A DNA stretch of 64,000 nt from contig CM041465.1 in NCBI GenBank assembly GCA_023213395.1, positions 139,383,741-139,447,740 on the forward strand, given 5' to 3'. Below are positions 15,204 to 27,440 of this stretch, one piece after another; position 1 is the first letter of the stretch; the number at the start of each line of letters is the position of its first letter. A model generated the notes under the pieces. It did not search any database. It was not told the origin of the DNA and was given only the letters and a program-made list of their open reading frames with translations. A program made the position numbers and the translations under genes. Origin of the DNA: Cycas panzhihuaensis. Taxonomy: Eukaryota; Plantae; Cycadophyta.

Positions 15204-17275
15204 ACTTACACATACACAACCTAAAATTTCTACATCAAACTAGCTCTAATCTACTTTATATAACCTATTAAATCAAATAGGGTTAAGCTAGCTTTCTAGT
15301 GTAATTTTTAAATCTGATATCCAAGTTTATATGCTCAAGATATGGCCAAAAAGGCAAACCCATGCCTTTATAAAATAAAAGGGGATTAAAAAAGAGGGAC
15401 TTATCCCATTTCATATTAAGTTGTTGGTTGCCTGGTACCTTTACATAACTAGGGGTTGATCCACTAGAGGCTAGTAAATTTTAAATATTATTAAATATGG
15501 TTAATTTCATTTCTATAAATGCAAAAGAAATTAACCATTTCTAATAAAATTTTAGGTCTACCATTGTAAAGAATTTACTTGTTTGAAATATTATATTGAA
15601 ATATTTATCGAAAAAATTTTGATGTCATCTAATTTGTTTATGATTTTGCTATGAATTTGTAGGTTTTATAAAAAAAATTGTATTATTTAGTATTGCTTCA
15701 CTTCATGTATACCTAACTTTTCATTTTATTTATTTCATCTCATTTGGGACTTTGACTACAAGATTCAACATCCTTTGTGATGTGTTTGTATCCTTGTCAT
15801 TTCTCATTCAGGCCTGTTCCATCTATTTCACGATAGTATATATCTAGATCTACATCATATGAATCATCTTTGTCTTCTATGCCATAGATGTTGTCATTGC
15901 TTCCATATGATATTTGGATCCTCTTCTATATGCCATGATCTATATTTGGGGATATAATCACTTTCCTTTGCATGCTTTACATCCTTCTTCATTTTTTCTT
16001 CATTGTCTATATATAGGAGTCATGGGGTATTTTGTTCTTTTTGACTATTTTTCTTTGAACTCTATGCTTCTAATACAAAATTTTTAATGATGTCTACTTT
16101 CATGGCAAGGGTTTCATCCCCCATAATGAGACCTTTCTTTAACACCTACATGTCTAAAGTATTTTTAGGTGAATATGTGGTTTTGTTCAGTCTCCATAAT
16201 CAATAATAGAAAAGAAAAAAAAAATCATATATTAATCTTTTCTTTTACCCTTATTTATAAATCTAACCCCTTGAGATTTATATAAGTATCATATCAACAT
16301 TGTGATACACATCCTTGAATATGTTAATAAAGAGATTTATAAGGCTAAAAGAGCTTCTAACAACATAAAAGCACTTATGCAATAGATAACAAAATAAAAG
16401 AACAACATTAAAACTTCATAGATAAAGAAATATGCTCTATTTTCTAATTCAAAAATATTATAGTTATAGCCTTGACAAAACATTTATCTATAATATTATT
16501 ATTGGCCTACATGGATAAAAATATAGATTACAAAATATGTATCAAAATCCATAGTTTTTCATATAAATATCCTCATTTTATAGCTTCATAAAATGGCTTT
16601 TCATTAACTTCGAAACAATCTTTAACATGACTTAAAACCAATAATAAATTAGTCCCAAAAATATTTTAAAAATAGTAGTAAAATAACCCTTAAATTTTGC
16701 ATTTATAACATTGTAAAAAATCCCAAAAAATGCATTGAAATATAACTATCTAATATCTTTGAAAACTCTTTTAAAAAAAGAATATTTTAATAGATTAAAT
16801 TAAGAATAAGATGGTTCCTAAAATCACCAAAAAATGTTGTAAATGACAACAAAGAATAGGCTTTAAAAATTAAAAAAACATGGCTCTATAACTATCCTAC
16901 CCAAGTATTGAACCTTGGGATATGATAACACAATGTTGGTTTTAGATGGAGGCATTGGTAGTAGACCTAATAATGAATAAAGAATATATAATGAGGTAAG
17001 TATAAGATAAGCAATGAGACACAAAAGAGATGAAGTATGTCCATGGATGAAGCACACTAAATTGGGATGAATGGGCAACCTTTAGATTATTAGAAAAAAT
17101 TAAGTGTATACTTATAGAATATCTCAGCATATGTGAGAACCCTTAAGGTCAACCTTTATGTGCTAGTACACTTATCAAAGCAGCACACATGTTAATGTAA
17201 CCATGAATATAAAAATCAAATAATATATAAGAGAATATGAATGGTATTAGAATGTGATTGGATATACATCCAATA
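14035..17275 (-). mobile_element. Old non-autonomous LTR element (about 3.2 kb; LTRs 14035-14366 and 16934-17275)
   Basis: Two diverged direct repeats of about 335 bp starting TGTTGG; flanks GGCCT/GGCTT (TSD with one mismatch); decayed iMet-type PBS next to the right LTR and a purine tract next to the left LTR on the minus strand; no recognisable pol. Confidence 0.72.
15137..15199. repeat. (CT)n microsatellite
   Basis: Directly visible in the sequence. Confidence 0.97.
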
Positions 17276-17387
17276 GGCTTTATAAAATAACCAATCTTAG
17301 GGAAGGCTAATAAGTAGACTATAGTATCAAGAACAAATGGAAAAACATCAATTCAAACTATTATTTTTAGTGGTATATTTTGGAATA

Positions 17388-19962
17388 TGTTTCTCGGCTT
17401 CCAGGAATGGATACAGAATCACCGACTCAGGTAAGTACAGGTATGTCTCTAGCATTATCATCACTGTTATTTACTGATTGTTTGCTTGCGTACCCGCATG
17501 TGTATGACTTTGTGGGCGGCCTGGTAGCCGTCCACACCTATTTTTAGCCTATGACGACTATAGCAGGGGCACACTCCTAGCGAGTGTGGCACCCTGGTGT
17601 CCATATTGCTTCCCGTGATCCGCCTCCTCGCCTGGATCCACTAGGTTCGCGCCACCTCCACCCGTGTGATGTCTCATCGTCGTTTGGTTAGCTTGCCACC
17701 TCATTTGGGGTCCTATTTCTGCTCCCGTGGGCCCGTTTGTTGGCTTGTTTGCTCCCAGGTGGGTGTCCTGGTTATCCATTAGTCCTTTCGGCTGTCTGCC
17801 CCCAGCCTGGACTGGTTGGTGGGCCCCATTTGTCGCTCAGTGCGTATCAATGAATTTTTATCTGGCCGGAATATCCGCAGATCTGCTAAAGTTTTGCCAG
17901 ACGACTGTCTCTGCTTGTTTTTTAAAATCCGTCGTGGCAATTTCGCATTTATTGTGAAACTGCCACGTGGTTCGCGCCTTTTCTCTCTTCCAGCTGTGCC
18001 CTAATCGCACGCTTTAGGGTTTTGCTTTAGTACTTAAACACTTTTTGGCTCATTCTCAAGGATTTTTTTGCTCACTTTTGGATTGACTCTCAGGAAAAAC
18101 ACTCTCCTGCTCTGCTCTCCTCTCTGCCATCGCAATCGGACTGCACTCTTCATACTGATGACTCTCCTTTGGCTTGGCTGAGACATTCTCCCAGCCCCTC
18201 AAACGCCTTGGAGAGGGCTCCTTTGAAGCGGTTTCCAGCTGTTTTCTACCCAGGCAGTCCACGAGCTCCCCGTTTGCAGGTGTTTCTGGTCCCGTCTCCG
18301 TAGCAGGGTCTCTAGCCTGCTCTATTCCAGATCTGGGTTGTTCTTTCAGCCCTCCTTCGCTGTCCTTTGGCTGAGGCAAATCCCTTGCCTCCCCTTCCCA
18401 GGTATTCTTCACTTTGTATTGGTTTTTTTGTGATATTTATACTTCAGCTCATTTGTTCCTATTTGTGGCTTGAGAGTTGGTTTTCCTCCCTCTTGAGGAC
18501 TGCTGTACCACTCTCTCGTGCTTCTTGCCTGCGTTTGCTATCGAAGGCAGCGGTGTGAGGGGTTGCATAGGCTTTGGAAGAGGAGCTGGGTGGATTCCGT
18601 ACCACCTTCCACGCTCCCCAAGTGGCTCTAAGCCCTCCAAAGCCTCCCTCTCGCCTCGTGCTGCCCTTGGCTCCCAAACGAGGGTTTGAAGGCTCCCGTG
18701 GGTTACCCAAACCAGCGCTGTCACAAGTTGCAGCGCTGATTTGGGACCCTTCATTCAGGTTTGGGTGCCTTCCATAGGTCCCAACCGCGGGTCCTTGCTT
18801 TGCCTTTGCTCCCCGGTCACCCAGTTTGCTCCCCATAGCATCCCGGTACCCCATGGGTATCCTTGGGTCTCTCTTGCCCTTGTTGCAGCCGTTTTCCAGC
18901 CTTGGTTCTTGACTTTCTCCTCGCTGCCTCATGGCTTTTGGGGGGAGGTTTGGGCACCATTTGCGGGAGGTAGGTCACTCCGAGGCTTGCCTTGTTGTTT
19001 CCTTTTACTTGGGTCATTTTCCTTTGGTGTTTTCCTTATTGGACTCACACTAACGCATATATATTTAGGCTCTTGTTTATGTTGCTAGACCTATATTGTT
19101 AGATCTTCGTGTCGCATGTTAGCCCTCTTCTTTCAGGAAGAGGGAGACCCTTTGTTGCTTGCAGGTACCTGAGACGCGCGGAGAACGTTGCCCGTTGGCC
19201 TCTCTACCGGTAAGTGCTCTTGCATGTGTCATGCTTTATGCTATTTCATTTACTAGCTAGCGTTTCCTTCTTTCCTTTGGTATCGCATTTACTTTCCGAG
19301 GAAGGTAAGGAAGCCCCCTTTCGCCAGCATTGCATCTCGCCTCACTGCACGTCACAAGTGGTTGAGTGTTCCTCGCGAAGGTCACGTCATCTCGCATGCC
19401 TTCGGCCCAGGTGCACACTTCATTCCTCTTCGCTCCCCTTGATTTGTTTCCTTTTATTCCTTCCTTAGTAATTAAGACATTGAAAGATTAAAAGGGAAAT
19501 TACTTTTGTATTCGTTCGCAATTTGTTTGCTTTACTGCATGTACCTTTTGTTATTCATAGGAAAGGTTGTAGGAGTTCTTCCCCCTTTTACCTTTCCTTC
19601 CTCCTCCTTAACCGTGCGAGCGCCACCGCTCAGACGCTCATACACCCGGTTAGGTTGCATAGGTTTGCCCTTGGCCTATCTCTATTAGGCTCTGTCTCTC
19701 TCCCTTCTGGCCATCCAAGGGTGGGAGGGTCCTACTTCCAAGCCAACCCCGGTTCGTCCTGCGTACCTTCGCCCCTTGCTCAAGGTGGCAAAGGGTCACC
19801 CAATAGTAGCTATACTCCATTGCAGATCCCGAACTCGCGCTCCGGTGTACGGGGCGCTCTGCGTGGTAGTTGCTTGCCTTATAGGTTCCACTTCCTGTCA
19901 TTTCATCGTTTTCTCTCCCCCGCACCTATCAGTCAGGTGGTTATCCCGTAGCAGCGCATCCA
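17388..19962 (+). repeat. 5' LTR (2575 bp)
   Basis: TGTTTC...ATCCA; direct repeat of 31370-33935. Confidence 0.96.
17962..18038 (+). promoter_or_regulatory. Candidate LTR core promoter: G-box GCCACGTGG (17962-17970), telo-box TAGGGTTT (18015-18022), TATA-like TACTTAAA (18031-18038)
   Basis: Motifs present in both LTRs and followed by a pyrimidine-rich leader. Function is inferred. Confidence 0.5.
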
Positions 19963-19963
19963 C

Positions 19964-19981
19964 TGGCGACCATACTGGGAT
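19964..19981 (+). other. Primer-binding site TGGCGACCATACTGGGAT (resembles the tRNA-Arg-type PBS of Tat/Ogre elements)
   Basis: One base after the LTR terminal CA; a decayed version is at 41358-41375 (minus) in the old copy. tRNA identity is from resemblance only. Confidence 0.85.
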
Positions 19982-20134
19982 CGCCAAGAAGGGAGCTAGT
20001 CTCGCTCTCTTCGGTTGGTTTTGCTACTCTTGTGTGATCCTTTCTATACCTATCCCGATCTCCACGTTGGGCAGCCCCCAACGCGTGCATTTTTCCATTC
20101 CTTCTCTTTTCCTAACATCGTTGGTTGACCTTGC

Positions 20135-23100
20135 ATGCGACGTTTCTTGCGTCGTTTGCGCGGCCTACCTCCTTTGTTAGAGGATCCCGAGTATAGCCTT
20201 CTTGCCTCATCAGATTCTGATCCGACTATGGAAGGGTACTCTTCCGAGTGGACTTACCACACTTCAGCCATGGAGACTCATGCTTTCCCTTCTGCTATTC
20301 CTGGGTCCACCCAAGAGGGTGAGGACCCCCTTTACTACCCAAATAACCAACACCCTTCTTTTGCTCCCCATCCTTCTACCCACGCTGTAGAAGGATCCGT
20401 TCCTCCTGAGGATTGCCATGCGATGGGCAATTTTTATGAGGAACTTTCCGATGGACATGTCTTGTTCGAGGTCCCGATCACCTCCTATGGGTATGTGGGG
20501 ACTCCTCCTGTTGACATGCTTGAGGCTCTTAATGAGCGCCGCCGTGCGACATGCGCTCAACCACGTCCCGGGTGGCTTGAGGGTGTCCTTCGTGGAGGAG
20601 CCTCTTCCTCCTCTGCTCCTCCACCTCATGCTTTGTCCTCATCCACCCTTCCTATGACAACAAACCCCTTCGTGCCTACACGTGCATCCCACTCATTTCC
20701 TGCAGTGGGGGCACGTGTGACACCTTCCATCCCTCATCAAGGTCCCAATACCTTAGGACCTTCTCACGGTGTGTCTTTCCCTCAATTGGGGGTTAGCATA
20801 CCCGCTCCCAATCCAACCAATGTGCCATCCCCTAACGTGGCACATGCTGCTCCTAGTAGGCCCATTGGCCCTACTAGCTTTCCAGTCACTAGTCATGTGG
20901 GATCTGCTCCCACGCATCCTCTAACCCAGCATGTTGGGGCTTCTTTCTATGCTCCTCCAGGGTATACTTCTCAACCTTGGGGGCAGGGTAGAGGAATCCG
21001 TCTTCCTGTTTATGGGGTGGATCCGCTACACCCATATGGAATTGCCCCACCTACGGGTGGCCCATATGGGCAAAACCCGGTTCCGCATCCCGTTTGTCCA
21101 TCCACCACTGTAGTCACATCTGTTGTGCCTTCGCAAGGGAACCTGGCTCCTTTCCAAGGCACCTATCCTCATGCCTCTTTTCAGCAAGGGGCGCTTCCTC
21201 AAGGAGGGGTGGGTGTTCCACCCCCACCCGTTCCTTGTGCGTTGCCTACTTTGACTTTCGTTGACCCTACGGTTCAGGCAAGGGCACGTCCCTTTATGGA
21301 CTTTAGGTCGACCCCTCTTTCAGTTGAGGCGTTGCGAACCAACTTGCCGCCTCATCCCCCTGAAGTTCCTCGGTTTGATGGAACTTGGTCGCAAGACCCA
21401 ACGGAGCATGTCCGTAGTTTCTCTATGGCATGCATCGATTACTAGGCTTACGACCATATTTTGATGAAGCTCTTTCCTCGATCCCTGCAGGGTGACGCCC
21501 TTAAATGGTTTTATCATCTCCCTGCCCACTCAATTCATTCATTCCAGCAATTGGTGGACGAGTTCATCAACTACTTTGATGTAGCTCGCCCATTCGAGAG
21601 CGGAATGAAATCCCTTCTTTCGCTCAAACAAGGTCACGATGAGATGAATCGTGACTTTGTGCAGCGATTCCATGACTTGCTTCACTCCACCAAGGCAACC
21701 TTGCCCGAGGAGTTGAAGCGAGACCTGTTCGTTAATGCACTTCGTCCCGAAGTCCACGTGGAAGTCCTCAAGATGGGGGTGACCACGTGTGATTCCGCGA
21801 TCGCTAAGTGCTTGGCGCTGGAGGCTATTGAGATCCAAGCGGGTCTCAAGAAACCTCTTAAGCCCTCACAACGTCGTGAGGCGCCACCCCCTACCAAAGA
21901 TACTAAACCTTCCCAACCGACGCGGTTTTCCTCTCATCCTACCGAGAGGACCCTAGATCCCCTCACATCTGCTATATGCTCGTTCGAGCGTACTATGAAG
22001 GAGCTCAAGCTTCAAGGCCCTTCATCTCCTACTTCAAACAAGCAAGTCCAACAAACTACTCAAGCTCTTCCCAGGAATGCGAACGCCCAGTCCTCTCAAG
22101 CGAGAAGGTCCGACCCTCCGCTTGAGAAGAAGTGGTGCTCCATTCATGGGGACTGCTTCCATGACGATTCGCGTTGTAGGGCCCAGCACCCAAAGGATGC
22201 CCCTCGGCGCGATTCCTCTCCCAAACGGGCCTCAAGGCCTAATTTGGATCAACCTGTTCACAAGGATCCGTTCCCTAAACACGGGGAACGTGATCGCAAC
22301 TCCCAACCTAAGAACAACCGTAACCGAGGAAGATCGCCTGATCCCCGTCCTTCCCGCCACAAAGGGAAGGGCGCTCAGAACTCTTCTTCCTCTTCCCGTT
22401 CTCCTAGCCGTCGTACCCCATCGCCTTCACGACCCCGGAACAGGGGGAAGAAGGTGATCCAGTTGCTTGAAGCAACTCCGACCTTTGCCCTTACACGATC
22501 TCAAGCCGCTAAGGAAGCGGCGGGAGCTGCTGGTCCTTCCGCTCCTTCTGACCCTCCTCCGGAGACCCTTCCTCCGGAAATCCCTCTCTTTCCCAAGGCC
22601 ATTCCTGTACGCCCGGGATGTTACGACTTTCGAAGGGCACTTACCCAACCTACCGGGAAGGGTAAGCCTTTCTCCGTCGTGGACGAGCTCCATACGGTGG
22701 CTGCAGGAATGTCCTTGATGGACGTTCTGAGGAGTTGTCCCAAGCAGCGGGCCCTCCTCCTGGAAGCTTTAGGATCGGGTGATGTACCTATCCACACTTT
22801 GGGTGTCGCCCAGGGTGGTGGGCCCGCTATCTCTTTCGATCCTAAGGATCTTCCTCTCGTCGGTGAAAGGGAACGTCAGTGGAACTTCCCATTCACCATC
22901 ATGATCGATACACCTGATTGTACCCTCCGAAGAACTGTTGTCGATAACGGTTCTTCTGTTAATGCCATACCCCTGCACGTCATGCAGGAGCTTGGTATTT
23001 CTGCCTTGGAACCCGTTCCGTGGCGATGCCAAGGGTACGACGGTAGCGAGAAGACCCCTCTGGGATCTGTCGCGATCCCGCTCACCCTTGAGGGCAAGAC

Positions 23101-26100
23101 CATTCTTGCCGATGTTGTAGTCCTCGACGTTGATATGGACTACAACCTCCTTCTAGGTCGTCCATGGCTCGACCAAATGGGGGCCGTGTGCTCGACCCTT
23201 TGGGGACAACTTAAATTCGTCCACGACGGACGGATGAGAGTGGTTTCCCGTGAACGTCCTTTTCCTAAACAAACCCGTTCCGCCAATTCAGCAAACCAAG
23301 GTCCATCTACTCATGCCTCGGCTTACTCTATTGCTATACCTAATCCGTCTGAAGAAGATCCCGCATCTTCTCCTTCTGGTCTCACGCGTTTTGCCCCTAT
23401 TGGTGTTGGGAGTTACGGGTACCTTGCTTCATTCAGCGATGACGAGTCGCTTGATGAAGACGAGGGTTGTCCTCACCCTGTCTCTTTCCTTCGCGCCAAT
23501 AGGTTGCACCTGCCTTGTTCTAGATCCCCGTCTAGGACCCCTCTTGTTAGTGAGGCTAGTTCCTCGTGCGTGTCGCACGTCATCGCTCGTGTTGACCCGC
23601 CCATTGCCAGTTCTTCTTTCTCATTACCCCCTGTAGGTGATGGTTTTGAGGAATTGCCTTTCACTCCTCCCGAGGAGCTCCTTTCTGGTTTCCCTTCAGA
23701 TCCCCGCAAAGGAGTCGAGCACCCCGACAGTCATCACAGTCCCGTTGCTCCTACTTCTTCTAGCGCTTCTTCTACTCGAAGTAAGGTCATCCATGGGGTG
23801 GATTATTTCGAGGATGACGAAGCCCTGCTTGAGCATCTAGCAGGCCTTGCGCCCAATTTGTCTTCTGGTCACCACCGGCTTGGTCACCAGAAGATCCTTG
23901 CGATCGGATCCACTCTCGCCGATCCGATCCCGTCTCCTATTCCTCCTCTTCCTGTTGATCTTGCCCCTCTCCACTTCGAGGAGGGCAATGCCATGTGCAC
24001 GGGGGCAACCCAAGACATAGTCTTGGCCTCGGGCAAGATCATTAAAGTTGGGTTGGAATGTTCTCCTGATGAGATAAGGGAATACTCCCTTCTGTTCCAG
24101 GAGTTTCGAGACATTTTTGCGTGGGATTATGCTGACATGAAGGGAATCGACCCCTCGATTGTCACTCATAACCTCACCACCCTTCCTGGCGCTCGCCCTG
24201 TGCGCCAGAAGCAGCGTCCTCTTCACCCGAAGCTCTCTGCCGCCGTCAAGATGGAGGTCGAGAAGCTCCTGGATGCTGGGCTCATCACTTCTATTGACTA
24301 CCCCAAGTGGGTCTCTAACATTGTTCCCGTTGCCAAAAAGAATGGGGTAATCCGTATATGTGTTGATTTTCGCGACATCAACAACGCTTGTCCTAAGGAC
24401 AATTTCCCGTTACCCTTTCTGGATCAGATCATTGATCGCACTGCCGGATTCGAAGTGATGTCCCTAATGGACGGCTTCTCCGGTTACAACCAAATTCAGA
24501 TCTCTCCCGAAGACCGCCATAAGATGGCCTTCACTACCCCTTGGGGCACCTTCGCCTACAAGGCGATGCCCTTTGGCCTTAAAAATGCAGGTGCTACCTA
24601 CCAGAGAGCCATGCATTTCATTTTCCACGACCTCATCAACGACACGTTGGAGGTCTTCATGGATGACATGATGGGTCTTTCCCGTGCGAGGGCCCATCAT
24701 CCTTCCGACTTGCGCGCCATCTTCTCACGATGTCGCGAGTATTACGTCAGTTTGAACCCACTTAAATGTGTGTTTGCCGTTACCTTGGGTAAACTCCTTG
24801 GATTCCTTGTATCCAAACAAGGAATTCAGATCGATCCTGACAAAGTCAGGGCGATCCTCGACATGCCGCCACCTAGAACTCAACGGCAGATCAAGTCGTT
24901 TCTAGGCAGGCTCAGTTTCCTTAGGCGCTTCTTAGCTGACTTCGCTGTGAGCGCTAAGCCCCTCACGAACCTGTTGAAGAAGGGAGCTCCTTTTGCCTGG
25001 TCTGACAAGACCCAAAAGGCCTTCGAAGGACTCAAGGAAGCCCTAGCTTCCGCTCCTACGCTGGCGCCTCCCCGATTCGATAGGCCCTTCGTCCTGTATA
25101 CCTCAGCGACTGACGAATCCCTGGGCGCTATGCTCGCTCAGGAGGACGATTCAGGAACTGAGAGAGCCATTTATTTCATCAGTCGCACCCTTGTGGCTGC
25201 CGAGCTTAACTATTCCCCTGCCGAGAAGGAATGCCTCTCCTTGGTCCACGCGACCAAGAAGTTTAGGCACTACTTGCTCGGTAACACTACCAAGGTGATC
25301 GTTCAATCCGATCCCTTGAGGTACTTGCTGACTCGTCCAGATTTGACGGGTAGGTCTGGCCGTTGGGCCGTCCTGCTCCAAGAATTTGATCTCCTTATCA
25401 TCACCCGGAAATCGAAGAAGGGCATGATAGTGGCCGAGCAACTCGCAGACGCCCCTATCCCTAACTCCTTCGATACTCCTGTTGACGACTCTCTCCCTGA
25501 TGAGGCTATCTTGGCGATTCAGGGAGCTCCTCCCCACCCACTCATCGATAATGAGTGGTACGGCGACGTAGTGCGGTATCTCACGCAGCAGCAATACCGC
25601 CTCGACGCTAGTAGCAAGGTTAAATCTCGCATCCGGACTTCTGCCAGGCAATACCTCCTCATGGATGAGGTATTGTACAAGAGGTCCTTCGATGGGATCC
25701 TTCTCCGCTGCGTCACTGCTGACGAAGCCGACCAGGTGCTTCGCGAATGCCACCACGGCATTTGTGGGGGTCACTTCGGGGGCCAGTACATGGCTCAAAG
25801 GATCCTTCGCATGGGCTACTTTTGGCCGTCTCTTTTTAAGGACGCTCACACCTTTGCTCTGAAATGTCGGCGATGTCAAGAGCACGTCAACGTTTCCCAT
25901 GTGCCTTCCGAGGCCTTACATCCCATTGTCTCGCCATGGCCCTTCGCTTAGTGGGGACTAGACCTCATTGGGGCTATCTTCCCACCTTCGTCGTCGCAGC
26001 ACAAGTTCATCTTGACTGTCACGGAATATTTCACCAAATGGGCGGAGGCCATCCCTTTGATCACTACTCCTAGCAAAACGATTGCCACGTTCATTTATGA

Positions 26101-26800
26101 GCATATCATTTGCCGTTTCAGGATCTCGGATGTCCTAATCACCGACAACGGAACCCCTTTTTGTAATAAGGAGGTGGATGAGCTTTGTGAGAGGTTCAAA
26201 ATCTCTCATAAGACTTCTTCCCCTTATTAGCCTCAGGCAAATGGCCAGGTGGAGTCTTTTAATAAGACTCTGGTCAACATTCTCAAGAAAACCGTCGCTC
26301 AATCCCAAAGGGATTGGCACTTTCAGTTGCCCTCCGCTTTGTGGGCTTATCGCACCTCTGTCCGTTCCGCCACGGGAATGACCCCGTTCTCCCTGGTCTA
26401 CGGTACTGAGGCGGTACTCCCGCTGGAGGTGGAGATTCCTTCCTTGCGGGTCTCCCTTCGAGGTTTCATCGACGACGAGTCGATCCGCCAGGCCCGCCTG
26501 CTGGACCTCGAAGCTTTGGATGAGAGACGCTTAGCCGCCTACCAGGCTAACCTAGCATCCAAAGCCCGCTCACAAAGGGCCCACGATAAACGCCTGCGTT
26601 CCCGCCCTTTGTTCCCTGGGGACTATGTCCTCAAGCTCGAATATCTCCATGACCGTTTGACCAAGTTCAAACCCCGGTGGGTTGGTCCTTTCATCATTAT
26701 CGAATCCCTCGATAATGGTGCTTACAGGATAGCCACCCTGGAGGGGCTCGAATTTGAGAAAGCCGTTAATGGGATGTTCCTTAAGAAGTTTTACGCTTGA
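20135..26800 (+). pseudogene. gag-pol: Single-frame gag-pol polyprotein (2222 codons) with three in-frame TAG stops and no frameshift
   Basis: ORFs 20135, 21461, 26012 and 26249 share one frame; stops at 21443-21445, 25949-25951 and 26228-26230. Gag 'RFDGTWSQDPTEH..KLFPRSLQGDALKWF', knuckle 'CSIHGDCFHDDSRC', protease 'VVDNGSS', RT 'ICVDFRDIN..MPFGLKNAGATYQR..FMDD', degenerate RH 'LYTSAT', integrase 'HHGICGGH..CRRC..WGLD..TDNG..PQANGQVE', C-terminal 'WVGPF'. Confidence 0.95.
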
Positions 26801-27440
26801 CCCTTCGGCGATTCCTTCGCCTCGCTCCGAAATGAGCCTAAACTACCATCTTAGGTTATCCCCATTCTTCCCAACCGCGGGTAGAATGGTAACTTAAGAT
26901 GGATCCTGTTTTGTCTTCCGGTTCCTTCCGCGGAACCCGCGTTCCCGTATCCTCTCGGGGACTCTTTTGTCGTCTTGTTTGGGCATCTCCCAATCAGGAG
27001 GACGCTTGGGGGCATTGTCGCTCCCCCTTTCCTGCCCGCGTTTCCTTCGCATATCCCGCTATGCTCTCCTATAGACATGTATGCCGCCCTGCTCCCTAAC
27101 CTCACACTTCTATATCGTCCCGCTCACGGCGTGTGTGTGTGCCCCTGTTAGGTGTGTGGTCATACATGGAAGGAAACGTGTGTATCACACAACAAAACAT
27201 CATAACATAAATCACCAACATAACATAACATAACACTCATTACACAAAAACAAATATGCATATCATCCACACATCATGCACAGCATCTCATATCCGAATG
27301 GGGTTCCAACCACCCCATCCATATATATATACATATCAAAATCATGTCATCATACATCCTGGGAAGCCGGTGTCCTTGCAGGGGGGGTACAATCATATGG
27401 CCCTATATATGACCCCCTGGAGGCCCGTGCTTTCCTCCGC

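Noticed and set aside
17558-19951. ORFs of 60-157 aa inside the LTRs
   Set aside because: No motifs, and several differ in frame or length between the two LTRs.
21443-21445. TAG between the 436-aa and 1496-aa ORFs as a programmed readthrough or a separate upstream ORF
   Set aside because: It falls inside the Gag capsid motif, lacks a CARYYA readthrough context, and the old copy has TTG (Leu) at this codon (39770-39772, minus). Best read as a point mutation or sequencing error.
20200-26400. Overlapping alternative-frame and antisense ORFs within gag-pol, such as 25151-25900 (249 aa)
   Set aside because: Expected shadow ORFs of GC-rich coding DNA; no recognisable motifs.
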